A DNA stretch of 31,693 nt from Candidatus Zixiibacteriota bacterium (GCA_040235515.1 JBECKX010000189.1:1-31693), one strand, 5' to 3'; counted from the stretch's first letter, positions 17,458 through 27,369 are shown. Numbers and translations are program-made. The notes: generated by a model not told the origin, from the letters alone.

Positions 17458-18084
17458 GTGGCCACGTCGAGAGAGGCTGAATTGCCCGAAGGCTCCCCTG
17501 ACAAAGCGAAAAGCGAGAGGAAGAGGGAAAACACCGCCGGAGAAGAACTGGTAGCCGTTGGCAAAATCGTGCGGGCGCGAGGCATTCGAGGCGAAGTTGT
17601 GGTTATTCCGCTAACCGACTTCCCGGAGCGCTTCGAAGCCAGGGCGAGTATTCTGATCGAACTCCCCGCCTCCGAAACGGCAACTGAATACGAGATCGCC
17701 GCGGTGCGCGCCAACAAGTCGCAACTCTTGCTGCAATTCAAGGGAGTCGAGACTCGCGACGAAGCTGAGAAGCTGGTTGGAGCTTATCTCTGCGTCAGGC
17801 AGGATGAGGTCGTCGAGCTACCCGCGGACAACTACTACCAGTTCGAACTCGTCGGGATGACTGTCGTCACCGAGGATGGCGTCACCCTGGGGGAACTGGT
17901 CGAAGTCATGCCGTTTCCGGCAAACGATGTCTGGCGAGTTGAGGGCAAAAACGAGATCCTGATTCCCGCGATCAAGGAAGTCGTTCGGAATGTTGACCGC
18001 GAGGCAGGGAAGATCACGATTTTCCCGATGCCCGGGCTGATACCGGAGAAACCTGCCGAAGCTAGCCGTAGCCGCAAAAAGTAG
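17458..18084 (+). CDS. rimM: Ribosome maturation factor RimM
   Basis: VGKIVRARGIRGEV, YYQFELVG, ANDVW and ILIP motifs; synteny. Confidence 0.95.
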   Translation: MATSREAELPEGSPDKAKSERKRENTAGEELVAVGKIVRARGIRGEVVVIPLTDFPERFEARASILIELPASETATEYEIAAVRANKSQLLLQFKGVETRDEAEKLVGAYLCVRQDEVVELPADNYYQFELVGMTVVTEDGVTLGELVEVMPFPANDVWRVEGKNEILIPAIKEVVRNVDREAGKITIFPMPGLIPEKPAEASRSRKK

Positions 18085-18175
18085 ACGAATTGGCCACAGG
18101 TCTGACGCCGCAGTTGCCGTCGGCCGTGACTTCGCCGAAGAATCCAGAGAAAAACCATCGAGCAGATAGAGCCGA

Positions 18176-18925
18176 ATGAAGATATCGATCCTCACCATAT
18201 TTCCGGAGTTTTTCCGTTCGCCACTGGAGCAGTCTCTGCTCGCTAAAGCGATAGCGGCCGGCACCTTAGAGGTTGAACTGGTCGATATCCGTAAGTTCAG
18301 CAAGGACAAGCATAACAGCGTCGACGATGAACCGTACGGCGGGGGTGGCGGAATGGTGATGAAAATCGAGCCACTCTACGACGCCCTCTCTTACGTGCTA
18401 TACAGCAGCGAGACAAAAAAACGACGCATCCTCTTGACATCTGCCGCCGGAAAGCCGTATAATCATCCTCTTGCGGTGAAATATTCGCTGCTGGAACATC
18501 TCATCATAGTCTGTGGTCGATACAAGGGCGTTGATGAACGCCTCAATCGCCTCTTCGATCTGGAGGAAGTCTCGATCGGCGACTATGTGATCAATGGTGG
18601 TGAGACCGCCGCGCTCGTCATACTCGAGTCGGTGTTTCGACTGCTGCCGGGTTCGATCGGTAAGATCGAATGTGCGATCAGTGACTCGTTTGCTGATGAG
18701 TTACTCGGTCCCCCGGTCTGGACGCGCCCGGCGGAGTTCATGGGCTACAGCGTGCCGCAGGTGATGCTCGATGGCAATCACTCTCAGATCGAGGGTTTTC
18801 GGCGCTTCCAGTCGCTTGCGCGCACCTGGCAGAACCGACCCGACCTCCTGAGGCGGGCTAACCTCGCTGACGTTGATCGGGCGATGCTTGAGCGGATCAC
18901 ATCGGGTGAAGATTTTGACGGTTGA
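18176..18925 (+). CDS. trmD: tRNA (guanine37-N1)-methyltransferase
   Basis: ILTIFPE, VDDEPYGGGGGMVM, CGRYKGVDER and SIGDYVINGGE motifs. Confidence 0.96.
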   Translation: MKISILTIFPEFFRSPLEQSLLAKAIAAGTLEVELVDIRKFSKDKHNSVDDEPYGGGGGMVMKIEPLYDALSYVLYSSETKKRRILLTSAAGKPYNHPLAVKYSLLEHLIIVCGRYKGVDERLNRLFDLEEVSIGDYVINGGETAALVILESVFRLLPGSIGKIECAISDSFADELLGPPVWTRPAEFMGYSVPQVMLDGNHSQIEGFRRFQSLARTWQNRPDLLRRANLADVDRAMLERITSGEDFDG

Positions 18926-19006
18926 TCGGAGTAAGAAAGTACCGATCACCCATACTTGAGTTTGAGATAATATTGATTTCTTGAAATAGCGGAGGATTAG
19001 CTAACA

Positions 19007-19360
19007 ATGGACATCTTACGTGAGATAGAACAGCAATATCTCAAAGAGCAGACGGTTGACTTCCGTCCCGGCGATACGGTTGCTGTGCATCAGAAAATTA
19101 TGGAAGGCGACAAGGAACGCATCCAGGTATTCCAGGGCGTTGTCATTGGTCGTCGTGGCGGCGGCACCGGTGAGACATTCACCGTTCGCAAAGTATCAGG
19201 TGGCATCGCGGTGGAGAAAATCTATCCATTGCATTCGCCGAATATTGCGAAGATCGCCAAAGTGCGCGAGGGGCGTGTCCGTCGCGCGAAGTTGAACTAT
19301 CTCCGTGGGCGTTCCGGTAAAGCTGCTCGTATCACGGAGAAGAAGAAGGATTCGAACTAA
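19007..19360 (+). CDS. rplS: 50S ribosomal protein L19
   Basis: [23 protein letters not shown] and [12 protein letters not shown] motifs. Confidence 0.98.
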   Translation: MDILREIEQQYLKEQTVDFRPGDTVAVHQKIMEGDKERIQVFQGVVIGRRGGGTGETFTVRKVSGGIAVEKIYPLHSPNIAKIAKVREGRVRRAKLNYLRGRSGKAARITEKKKDSN

Positions 19361-19405
19361 GAGTACGGTTTGAGTTCCTTCCATAAGAATTCGCAGTAAC
19401 TGCGT

Positions 19406-19441
19406 AAGCGGGTGACTCCCTGAGCCACCCGCTTTCTTTTT
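19406..19441 (+). terminator. Rho-independent terminator after rplS
   Basis: AAGCGGGTG/CACCCGCTT stem followed by TCTTTTT. Confidence 0.85.
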
Positions 19442-19503
19442 GTCCACCATCAGAGGCACTGTTTCGCTTGTGGGATCGAGTCAAATTCGTCACCATACCT
19501 GCT

Positions 19504-20154
19504 ATGGTGGTCTGGAAGAACTGGCGTGAGGGCATTACCCCTGAGAACGCAGTCATTTGCGGTGTCGATGAAGCGGGCCGGGGGCCGCTGGCGGGTCCCG
19601 TTGTCGCAGCGGCTGTAATCCTCCCCGACAACTTCGATCCGTTAGAGATAAACGATTCGAAGTTGCTTACCCACGAAACGCGAGAACGTTTATTCAAGCA
19701 CATTACCGAAACTGCAGTATCGTGGGCGGTCGCGGAATCGCCACCGCAACTGATCGATGAAATCAATATTCTTCAGGCTACCTTTGCCGCCATGCGCAAG
19801 GCAGTAAGCAAGCTGGTTCCCAGACCCGAATTTGTTTTTGTCGACGGCAATATCACGATTCCAAAATTGACGCTCCAACAGCGGGCAATAGTCAAGGGGG
19901 ACTCGATCATCTTGCCGATCGCGTGTGCGTCGATTCTTGCAAAGGTCACACGGGACAGAATAATGTTGCGGCTCCACAAGCGGTTTCCCCACTACGGGTT
20001 TGACCGTCACAAGGGATATCCCACCCCGGAACATCGGCGGATGATTGCCCTTCACGGTCCCGTTGAAATACACAGGCGCAGCTTCACTCTACTTGAACCA
20101 CAGATGAGCATGGAATTAGGGGATGAACAGGCGGAAACTCGGCACGAGGTATGA
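19504..20154 (+). CDS. rnhB: Ribonuclease HII
   Basis: GVDEAGRGPLAGPV, NDSK, VDG, KGD...ASILAKVTRD and HKGYPT motifs. ATG 19504 preferred over TTG 19468. Confidence 0.96.
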   Translation: MVVWKNWREGITPENAVICGVDEAGRGPLAGPVVAAAVILPDNFDPLEINDSKLLTHETRERLFKHITETAVSWAVAESPPQLIDEINILQATFAAMRKAVSKLVPRPEFVFVDGNITIPKLTLQQRAIVKGDSIILPIACASILAKVTRDRIMLRLHKRFPHYGFDRHKGYPTPEHRRMIALHGPVEIHRRSFTLLEPQMSMELGDEQAETRHEV

Positions 20155-20479
20155 GCACGCGGCTGCCCGGTATCTTGAAGCCAACGGTTTTGAAGTCGTA
20201 GCTCGCAACTATCGCTATTCCCGCAACGAAATCGATCTCATTTGCTGCAAAGGAAGTGAGCTGATTTTCGTGGAAGTGAAGGGGCAACGCTCCGAATCAT
20301 TTGGTCCTGCGCACTACCGCGTCGATGAGCGCAAACAACAGGCGATAATTGAGGCCGCGCAGGGGTATCTCGCCGGCGCACACGCAACCTATGAATCATA
20401 CCGTTTTGATGTTGTCATCGTTACCGAGCGCGGCAACGACCTTGATGTGGAACATATCGAGGGCGCGTTTACCCTGTAG
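20123..20479 (+). CDS. yraN: YraN family (UPF0102) PD-(D/E)xK nuclease-like protein
   Basis: RNYR, EIDLI, FVEVK and RFDVV motifs; follows rnhB. Confidence 0.93.
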   Translation: MNRRKLGTRYEHAAARYLEANGFEVVARNYRYSRNEIDLICCKGSELIFVEVKGQRSESFGPAHYRVDERKQQAIIEAAQGYLAGAHATYESYRFDVVIVTERGNDLDVEHIEGAFTL

Positions 20480-20903
20480 AATCCTGAAGCACTGCAGCGC
20501 TGCTGTCGCGCCCGCGGAGATGTTTGAACCTGGCCGGCTTACTCTTTGAGATCAGGGTGTCGCTGTGAGCCGAGAGGTCGAGGGGGCTATACTCATCCTT
20601 GAGGTCGCGCAACCTGATTTCTATCTGATCCCAGATCTGAGCGAGCAACAGCGGATCACTGTTCAATTCCGCTTTCAGAGCAATCAACGAGCTGTCGGTG
20701 AAGCCATGCAGCGCCAGCACGGAATCACGCTGCAATTGGAATCTTGCCTGCGCCGTGTCACCCGACTGCTGGAGCATCGCCAGATCAACGTAGACATCCA
20801 CGAACTCATCCGCGCGAGGATGACTCAACTGTTGCGGTCGAAACAAATAGAGTATGGCCGCGACCACCAGCCCGACTATTATGAGTAGATACAACTTTCT
20901 CAT
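20469..20903 (-). CDS. Membrane-anchored/exported hypothetical protein, DUF4296-like
   Basis: N-terminal hydrophobic helix; FVDVYVDL...RDSVLALHG...W pattern resembles DUF4296; starts 11 nt after rqcH. Confidence 0.65.
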   Translation of the reverse strand: MRKLYLLIIVGLVVAAILYLFRPQQLSHPRADEFVDVYVDLAMLQQSGDTAQARFQLQRDSVLALHGFTDSSLIALKAELNSDPLLLAQIWDQIEIRLRDLKDEYSPLDLSAHSDTLISKSKPARFKHLRGRDSSAAVLQDSTG

Positions 20904-20914
20904 CTGTGTTCGCT

Positions 20915-22432
20915 TCAGCTCGCTTCACTTACCCCCGGTGGAATGCCCGGTTCCACGAGCAATGATTTCACATTCTGCGGTATCACCTGTCCGGGCGCTC
21001 CCTTGCGCACCTTTCGGACGTAACGCCGCTCCGTATAGATAACAGACACGGCCTGCGACTTCTTCTGTGTCGAGTAGGCCGCAGCCAGCTGCGCCGCTTC
21101 GTGAATGGCCTTCGGCAGCGGATCGCGATTCTTATCCTGCCGAACCAGGATCACATGCGATCCCGGAGATTGCTGCGCGTGAAACCAGAGGTCGAAACCG
21201 CGCGCCACCTTGAAGGTCAGATGCGCGTTCCCCTCGGCCGATTTGCCGACGAGGATTCTGTCGCCCGTGGAGGCGATGAACTCGCGGTAATATGGTGAAG
21301 TTGCTTCCCTTTGACCAGCGGAACTGCCACCGCTGCCGCTCAAGTCGATCTGAAACTCCGCCACCACGGTCTGCAGCGCGCCCGTGTCAGGGGCGTCGGC
21401 CACCGCTGAGCGCTGCCGCTCGAGTTCCGCCGTTGCGCTCCGCAACTCGGCGAGCGTCTTCTCGAGGGGACCTTTCGATCGTTGCAGTTTCTTGGCCTTG
21501 CGATAGAAGTGTGAAGCTGTCTCGATGACTCCCTTGCCGGGCTGCAACGGAATCTCAATCTCCTCGTCCGAGTAGAAATCGTGCAATGTAACGACTCCTG
21601 CGGTTGCCTTGGCATCGGGAGCAGCCATCAAGATATCCCCCCAGCGTTTCAGCCGCTCCGCGTCTTCGGCAGCCTGCAGCTTGGCCAATGTCTTCTCGAT
21701 TGTCTTCTGGTTCTTCTTGATTTCGCGGTTCAGCACCCCGATCACTCGTGCTTTGTGCTGGGCAAATCCGGCCGTCTCCTCACTGTGGCGCTGCAGGTAG
21801 GCGTGCAGGGAGGTAAGAGGAAAACTGAGGTCGAGCGCTTCTGCAGCGGGGGAAGGCAGCACGCGAAACCCGCGCTCGTTGTAGTCGAGAGAGTAGGTCA
21901 CATTTGAATCGCTCCCTATCGTCACCATACCGGCCTCCAGCACTGAGGGAATCGGCGTGGGCGCGACATAGAACCGTTTCGGCCGCAGTGAGCGCTCATC
22001 GCTCGTAACCCGGGTTGCCTGCAAAATCAACCCGTTCTCGTCCACCAGGAGCGCGGTCGACTGCGCCCCCAACAGTTCGAAGACGATGCGTTTGGTCTCA
22101 AGCGCACCGCGGTCATCCGCTCGCTCGAGTTGAATTTCAATGATTCGGTCATTCTTCGGACCGCTCACGGCAACAACACTATGGTCATTTGCCTCGAGCC
22201 AGATCGCGATCGAGTCGGTCGGCGGCGTGATTTTTTCGGGCCAGCCTGACAGCAAGACGAATTTTGGCGGCGCGAAAGAGTAGCAGATATGGTGCTGATC
22301 CCGGCCGCGGAACAGGAAACGGAAATCTTTGTTGCGCCGATGGTACTCCGATTTCACCAGGAGCGAGCCACGCAGGATTTGTTCGTATTCCTTTGCAAGA
22401 AAACTACTTATGATTGCGGAGCGGGGGAACAT
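20915..22432 (-). CDS. rqcH: NFACT-family ribosome quality control protein RqcH (FbpA/Rqc2)
   Basis: NDRII and FELLG (NFACT-N), coiled coil with FYRKAKK, and NFACT-R motifs ILVGKS..N, DLWFHA..PGSHV and AAQLAAAYS. Confidence 0.88.
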   Translation of the reverse strand: MFPRSAIISSFLAKEYEQILRGSLLVKSEYHRRNKDFRFLFRGRDQHHICYSFAPPKFVLLSGWPEKITPPTDSIAIWLEANDHSVVAVSGPKNDRIIEIQLERADDRGALETKRIVFELLGAQSTALLVDENGLILQATRVTSDERSLRPKRFYVAPTPIPSVLEAGMVTIGSDSNVTYSLDYNERGFRVLPSPAAEALDLSFPLTSLHAYLQRHSEETAGFAQHKARVIGVLNREIKKNQKTIEKTLAKLQAAEDAERLKRWGDILMAAPDAKATAGVVTLHDFYSDEEIEIPLQPGKGVIETASHFYRKAKKLQRSKGPLEKTLAELRSATAELERQRSAVADAPDTGALQTVVAEFQIDLSGSGGSSAGQREATSPYYREFIASTGDRILVGKSAEGNAHLTFKVARGFDLWFHAQQSPGSHVILVRQDKNRDPLPKAIHEAAQLAAAYSTQKKSQAVSVIYTERRYVRKVRKGAPGQVIPQNVKSLLVEPGIPPGVSEAS

Positions 22433-22495
22433 ATCGTACTTTCTACTCTTTCAATCTGATCGAAAACGCTCAACTTTAACGATTCATTTGCGCGC

Positions 22496-22524
22496 AAGCT
22501 ATCAGATTGTTACGTAACTGTCAA
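22496..22524 (-). promoter_or_regulatory. Putative promoter of rqcH
   Basis: Minus strand TTGACA-N17-TAGCTT with a TGn extension; the spacer contains the palindrome GTTACGTAAC. Confidence 0.6.
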
Positions 22525-22569
22525 CGACGGCATCGTTGTCGGACAGGCGGAGATCTGAGGACTTTTTCG

Positions 22570-22599
22570 TTGACAATCACCCATACTCCCTGTTTTAAT
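22570..22599 (+). promoter_or_regulatory. Putative promoter of yicC-gmk-rpoZ
   Basis: TTGACA-N18-TTTAAT with a TGn extension. Confidence 0.65.
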
Positions 22600-22631
22600 G
22601 GGAAGCTTTAGCTGAAGGGTTAAGCCATTTC

Positions 22632-23528
22632 ATGATTCGAAGTATGACCGGATACGGCAAGGCGGTAGCCTCCGTTGGTCGCAAGAAAGTCACAATCGAG
22701 ATTACATCTCTCAATAACCGCTTTCTGGAAATCTCTCTGCGCCTGCCGAAAAATTTCGCGGAGTACGAAGGATTGATACGGGAAGCGATTACCGACATGG
22801 TCTCGCGGGGGAAGCTCAATGTATTCCTCACTTATGATGACAAGGATGTCAACGCCGAGACAATCGTGCTGAATGAGGATGTAGCGAAACTCTACTTCAA
22901 GATGTTCAATGACTTGAAGAGCCGTTTCAAGCTCGCCGGACAAATCTCAGTGGCAGATTTTGTCGGTCTGCCCGACCTCTTTTCGGTCACAACGGCTGAC
23001 CCGCTGAATGACAACGATGTCAAGAAACTGATAGCCGCTGTTCGGCGCGCCGTGCGCTCATTGAATCGCACTCGTCAGACGGAGGGCAAGGCCCTCAGCG
23101 CTGACATGCTTAAGCGTGTAAACAAGATTACGCAGTCGGTGGCGCGGATCAAGAAACTCCGGGGTCGCTCGTTGAAGCGGTATCGGGATCGTCTCAATGA
23201 CGTGGTCGGACGGCTGCGCGAGTCGGGAGCGGCGATCGGCGATAATGACGAAACCCGCCTGCGCTTGAATATGGAACTGGGAATCCTCGCGGAGAAGGCG
23301 GATATCACCGAGGAGTGTGTCCGACTTGTCAGCCATTGCGAGGCGTTCAAGGCAGCGGTTCGCGCCAAGGGTGATTCGGGCAAGCGGTTGAATTTTACGC
23401 TGCAGGAGATGAACCGAGAGGCGAATACGATCGGCTCGAAGTCTGCGATCTATGAGATTTCGGCCGAGGTCATAAAGATCAGGGAAGAAATTGAGAAGCT
23501 CCGCGAGCAGGTACAGAATATCGAATGA
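22632..23528 (+). CDS. yicC: YicC/YloC family endoribonuclease
   Basis: MIRSMTGYG, SLNNRFLE, DITEECVRL, GKRLNFTLQEMNREANTIGSK and REQVQNIE motifs. Confidence 0.96.
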   Translation: MIRSMTGYGKAVASVGRKKVTIEITSLNNRFLEISLRLPKNFAEYEGLIREAITDMVSRGKLNVFLTYDDKDVNAETIVLNEDVAKLYFKMFNDLKSRFKLAGQISVADFVGLPDLFSVTTADPLNDNDVKKLIAAVRRAVRSLNRTRQTEGKALSADMLKRVNKITQSVARIKKLRGRSLKRYRDRLNDVVGRLRESGAAIGDNDETRLRLNMELGILAEKADITEECVRLVSHCEAFKAAVRAKGDSGKRLNFTLQEMNREANTIGSKSAIYEISAEVIKIREEIEKLREQVQNIE

Positions 23529-24193
23529 GCCCGCGCGTGCGTGATTCACAGAGTAGGCGAGTCGATGCAAAGAACCTGCGGGTCCTAAACAAATCAAAGC
23601 CGCTCATCGTAGTGTTATCTGGACCCTCCGGCACCGGCAAGTCTACGATTGTCGACCGGTTGCTGGCCGGAAATCGCAGATTCGTCGAATCGATCTCCGC
23701 CACGACCCGCCCGAAACGGCGCGGCGAGCGTGATAAGCGCGACTATTACTTTCTGTCGCACGAGCAATTCCGGAACAAAAGCAAGCGTGGCGAGTTCATT
23801 GAAACGGTTCGCCTCTTTGGGGAGTATTATGGTACGCCGAAGGATTCGGTGGAAGCAGCGCTGAAAAAAGAGAAGACGGTGCTGTTCGATATCGACATCA
23901 ACGGCGGGAGGGCGATCAAACGTTGGCGGAAGGATGCGGTTTTGATTTTTATCATGCCGCCGAGCCTGAAAGCCCTTGAGCAGAGACTCAGAGGGCGCAA
24001 GAGCGAGTCGGCTGCCTCTTTGAAGCAGCGGCTGGCGCGTTCGTTAAAGGAAATGAAGAATTGGACGAAATATGATTACGTTGTCTGCAATGATGACCTG
24101 GAGCAAACTGTGGCTTTGATCGACGCGATCATCAAAGCCGAATCGCAAAAGGTTGCTCGTTGCGGCACAATCTCTTTTCCGAGTGAGGAATAA
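23525..24193 (+). CDS. gmk: Guanylate kinase
   Basis: SGPSGTGKST, SISATTRPKR, DYYF, YYGTP and FIMPPS motifs; ATGA overlap with yicC. Confidence 0.97.
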   Translation: MSPRVRDSQSRRVDAKNLRVLNKSKPLIVVLSGPSGTGKSTIVDRLLAGNRRFVESISATTRPKRRGERDKRDYYFLSHEQFRNKSKRGEFIETVRLFGEYYGTPKDSVEAALKKEKTVLFDIDINGGRAIKRWRKDAVLIFIMPPSLKALEQRLRGRKSESAASLKQRLARSLKEMKNWTKYDYVVCNDDLEQTVALIDAIIKAESQKVARCGTISFPSEE

Positions 24194-24196
24194 ACG

Positions 24197-24451
24197 ATGC
24201 GAGGACAGGAACACAAAGTCTTATTGATGGACAAACTTGATGATATCACTCTGAATCACTACGAGGCTGTCATTGCAGCCGCCAAACGCGCACGCATGGT
24301 CAACATGAAGCGTCTGGCGCAGCTGGAGTTGATGACCGAAGATGCCGAAGTTGATATCGACTATCGAAAAGTTACGAGCATCGCGCTCGAGGAACTTCTC
24401 AACAATCGCATCAAGTACAAGTACGAGAATCGTCCCGGCGACGAGGAATAG
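24197..24451 (+). CDS. rpoZ: RNA polymerase omega subunit
   Basis: NHYEAVIAAAKRAR and KVTSIALEEL motifs; follows gmk. Confidence 0.9.
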   Translation: MRGQEHKVLLMDKLDDITLNHYEAVIAAAKRARMVNMKRLAQLELMTEDAEVDIDYRKVTSIALEELLNNRIKYKYENRPGDEE

Positions 24452-24555
24452 CTCCGTAGTTGATAGGTTGCTGTACAGCCGCAAGCGGCCGCGGTAGCTG
24501 ATCGATTGCAGGGCACCGAGCAAAATCTGAAATTCCACCCTGGAGTGAGCTGTCT

Positions 24556-27327
24556 GTGAAGCTTGTTGTAGTAGAATCCCCCGCTAAAGCCAAGACTATT
24601 TCCCGTTTTCTGGGACCTGACTACAAGGTTGCGGCAAGCTACGGGCATATTCGCGACTTGCCAGGCTCGGCATCCGAGATTCCAAAGGCAGTAAAAGCAG
24701 AGAAGTGGGCGCGCATGGCGGTTGATGTCGATAACGGCTTCAAACCGATCTATGTCGTGCCGAACGACAGCAAGAAGCATATCAAAGAGTTGAAAGACCT
24801 CCTCAAGGATGCCGATGAGTTGCTACTGGCAACGGACGAGGACCGCGAGGGTGAGTCGATCAGCTGGCACCTGCTGGAAGTGCTCAAGCCGAAGGTCCCC
24901 GTACGCCGAATTGCATTCCATGAAATCACCAAGACTGCGATAGAGCAGGCGCTTTCGAATCCGCGCAGCGTCGACGAACAACTGGTGAAGGCGCAGGAGA
25001 GTCGTCGCATACTCGATCGGCTCTTCGGCTATTCGCTCTCGCCGGTACTATGGAAAAAAGTACGCACCAAGCTGAGTGCCGGGCGCGTTCAGAGCGTTGC
25101 GCTGAGGCTGATCGTCGAACGCGAGGAAGAACGCCAGCGCTTCAAATCAGCTACCTACTGGGATGTCGAGGCCAGGATAGCTGGTGATGGCAACGAGTTT
25201 ACAGCCAAGTTGGTCTCGGTCGGCGAGCGAAGGCTCCCCAATGGTAAAGATTTCGATCCCGAAACGGGTGAGTTACTTGCGCCGGAGAAGGTGATCCAAA
25301 TCGACCAGGCGGGCGCCGAAAAGATTGTCACCGACGCGCAGAAGCTGATACCCTGGGTGGTCAGCAAAGTAGAAAAGAAACAGACAAAGCAGCGACCGTC
25401 GCCGCCGTTCACGACCTCTACCCTTCAGCAGGCCGCAGGAAACGCTTTTGGATTCTCGCCCCGCCAAACGATGCGTGTCGCACAGGAACTCTATGAAGGC
25501 ATCGATATCGGCAATGGCGACCGTGAAGGTCTCATTACCTATATGCGTACCGACTCCTTCACGCTCTCAGAAAAAGCGCTGCAAGAAGCCGGTGCCTTTA
25601 TCAAGAATGAATTCGGGGATCAGTATTACGACGGTAAGCGGGTTTACAAGACCAAGTCAAAATCTGCCCAGGAGGCGCATGAGGCGATCCGCCCGACCGA
25701 TTTTCGCCGCACCCCGGCGCAGATGAAACGCTTTCTCGATGAACGGGAATTCAAGCTCTACAGCCTGATCTGGAACCGCGCGCTGGCATCACAGATGGCG
25801 GACGCAATTCTGGACAAGACGGCAGCTGAGATCACGGTGGAAATCGACGGAGTACCACATACCTTCCGCGCGAACGGCTCCATGATCAAGTTCCCGGGTT
25901 ACTTGACGGTCTATGGTGGTCAGACCGCCGACACCGTACTTCCTGACTTGTCGGAAGGGGATAAGGTTGGTGCTGCTGACAGTGGCGAGCGACTCAAACT
26001 CGCAGAGCTGATGCCGCTGGGGCATGAGACCACGCCGCCGGCGCGCTATACGGAGTCGTCGCTGGTAAAACGACTGGAGGAAGAGGGGATCGGTCGTCCA
26101 TCCACTTACGCTCCGACTATCTCAACAATTCAGGCACGCGAGTATGTTGTCAAGCGCGGCAGCGCGTTGATACCTACCTACGTCGGCATGGCGGTGGTGC
26201 ACCTGTTGCGTAGCCATTTCGACCATTACATCGATCTCAAGTTCACCGCACGGATGGAGGACGCACTCGACGAGATCGCCGAGGGTGAAACCGACTGGGT
26301 GGAATTCCTCTCCAAATTCTACCACGGTAATGGTGACAGCGGTGAGGGGCTGGCAAGAAAGATCGAAGAAGAACTGCCCTCTATAGAGTATCCCGAGATT
26401 TACCTCGGTAATGATCCTGAAACTGGTGACAAGATTCATGTGCGCATCGGTCGCCGCTCGGCATACGTGCAGCGCGGTGATGGTGGTGAGGGCAATACCG
26501 CCTCGATTCCAATGGATGTCTTTATCGATGAGTTAACCGCCGAGAAAGCGCATGAATTTATCAAGGTCCAGAGTAAGAGCAAAGAACCGCTCGGCAAGCA
26601 CCCCGTCTCCGGGAAAAATGTCTACGCACTCCTGGGACCCTTTGGACCCTATGTGCAGGAGGGTGAGTCTGACTCCGAGGAAAAACCGAAACGAACCGGT
26701 TTGCCGCAGGGGGTGACTCTCGCCGATGTCGATTTTGAATTCGCTCTGAAGCTGCTCTCGCTTCCACGTTCTCTCGGAATCGACCCTGAGACCGGCAAAG
26801 AGGTAGCCGCCGGGTTGGGCCGCTACGGTCCCTATGTCGTGCGGGGCGGATTGTATCGTCGCGTCGAGTCGTTCGAAAAGCTCTTCACCATTACGCTGGA
26901 AGAGGCGATAGAGAAGCTCAAGACCGCCAAGGGGCGCACCAAAGAAATCCTTAAGGAACTGGGCGAACATCCGGAAACGAAGAAAGAGATTCAGGTAGCC
27001 ACCGGCCGCTATGGTCCTTACGTGACGGATGGCAAAGTCAACGCCAAGTTGGCCAAAGACAAGGATCCGATGCAGGTGACGATGGAAGAAGCGCTGGCGC
27101 TGCTGGCTGAGGCTGCAGAAAAGAAGGGAACGCGCAAGCGGACCACTCGCAAGACTGCCGCGAAATCGTCGAGCAAGGCAAAAACCACAAAGACCACCAA
27201 AGCCAAACCGAAAGCCGGCTCCAAAGCAAAGACAGCTTCGAAAACTTCAAAGTCGTCGACGAAAAGCTCGAAGAGTTCATCCACAAAGGCGACCAGCCGT
27301 AAGTCGGCCAAATCGAAAGTGGGTTAG
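24556..27327 (+). CDS. topA: DNA topoisomerase I with zinc-free C-terminal repeats and a Lys-rich tail
   Basis: VESPAKAKTI, ATDEDREGE, SAGRVQS, GLITYMRTDS (catalytic Tyr), AQEAHEAIRPT and GIGRPSTY motifs; GRYGPYV-type repeats. Confidence 0.98.
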   Translation: MKLVVVESPAKAKTISRFLGPDYKVAASYGHIRDLPGSASEIPKAVKAEKWARMAVDVDNGFKPIYVVPNDSKKHIKELKDLLKDADELLLATDEDREGESISWHLLEVLKPKVPVRRIAFHEITKTAIEQALSNPRSVDEQLVKAQESRRILDRLFGYSLSPVLWKKVRTKLSAGRVQSVALRLIVEREEERQRFKSATYWDVEARIAGDGNEFTAKLVSVGERRLPNGKDFDPETGELLAPEKVIQIDQAGAEKIVTDAQKLIPWVVSKVEKKQTKQRPSPPFTTSTLQQAAGNAFGFSPRQTMRVAQELYEGIDIGNGDREGLITYMRTDSFTLSEKALQEAGAFIKNEFGDQYYDGKRVYKTKSKSAQEAHEAIRPTDFRRTPAQMKRFLDEREFKLYSLIWNRALASQMADAILDKTAAEITVEIDGVPHTFRANGSMIKFPGYLTVYGGQTADTVLPDLSEGDKVGAADSGERLKLAELMPLGHETTPPARYTESSLVKRLEEEGIGRPSTYAPTISTIQAREYVVKRGSALIPTYVGMAVVHLLRSHFDHYIDLKFTARMEDALDEIAEGETDWVEFLSKFYHGNGDSGEGLARKIEEELPSIEYPEIYLGNDPETGDKIHVRIGRRSAYVQRGDGGEGNTASIPMDVFIDELTAEKAHEFIKVQSKSKEPLGKHPVSGKNVYALLGPFGPYVQEGESDSEEKPKRTGLPQGVTLADVDFEFALKLLSLPRSLGIDPETGKEVAAGLGRYGPYVVRGGLYRRVESFEKLFTITLEEAIEKLKTAKGRTKEILKELGEHPETKKEIQVATGRYGPYVTDGKVNAKLAKDKDPMQVTMEEALALLAEAAEKKGTRKRTTRKTAAKSSSKAKTTKTTKAKPKAGSKAKTASKTSKSSTKSSKSSSTKATSRKSAKSKVG

Positions 27328-27369
27328 TCGGCTCTAACCTGACTGCCGCGTCCGCCGCCCGCTTTTGCA

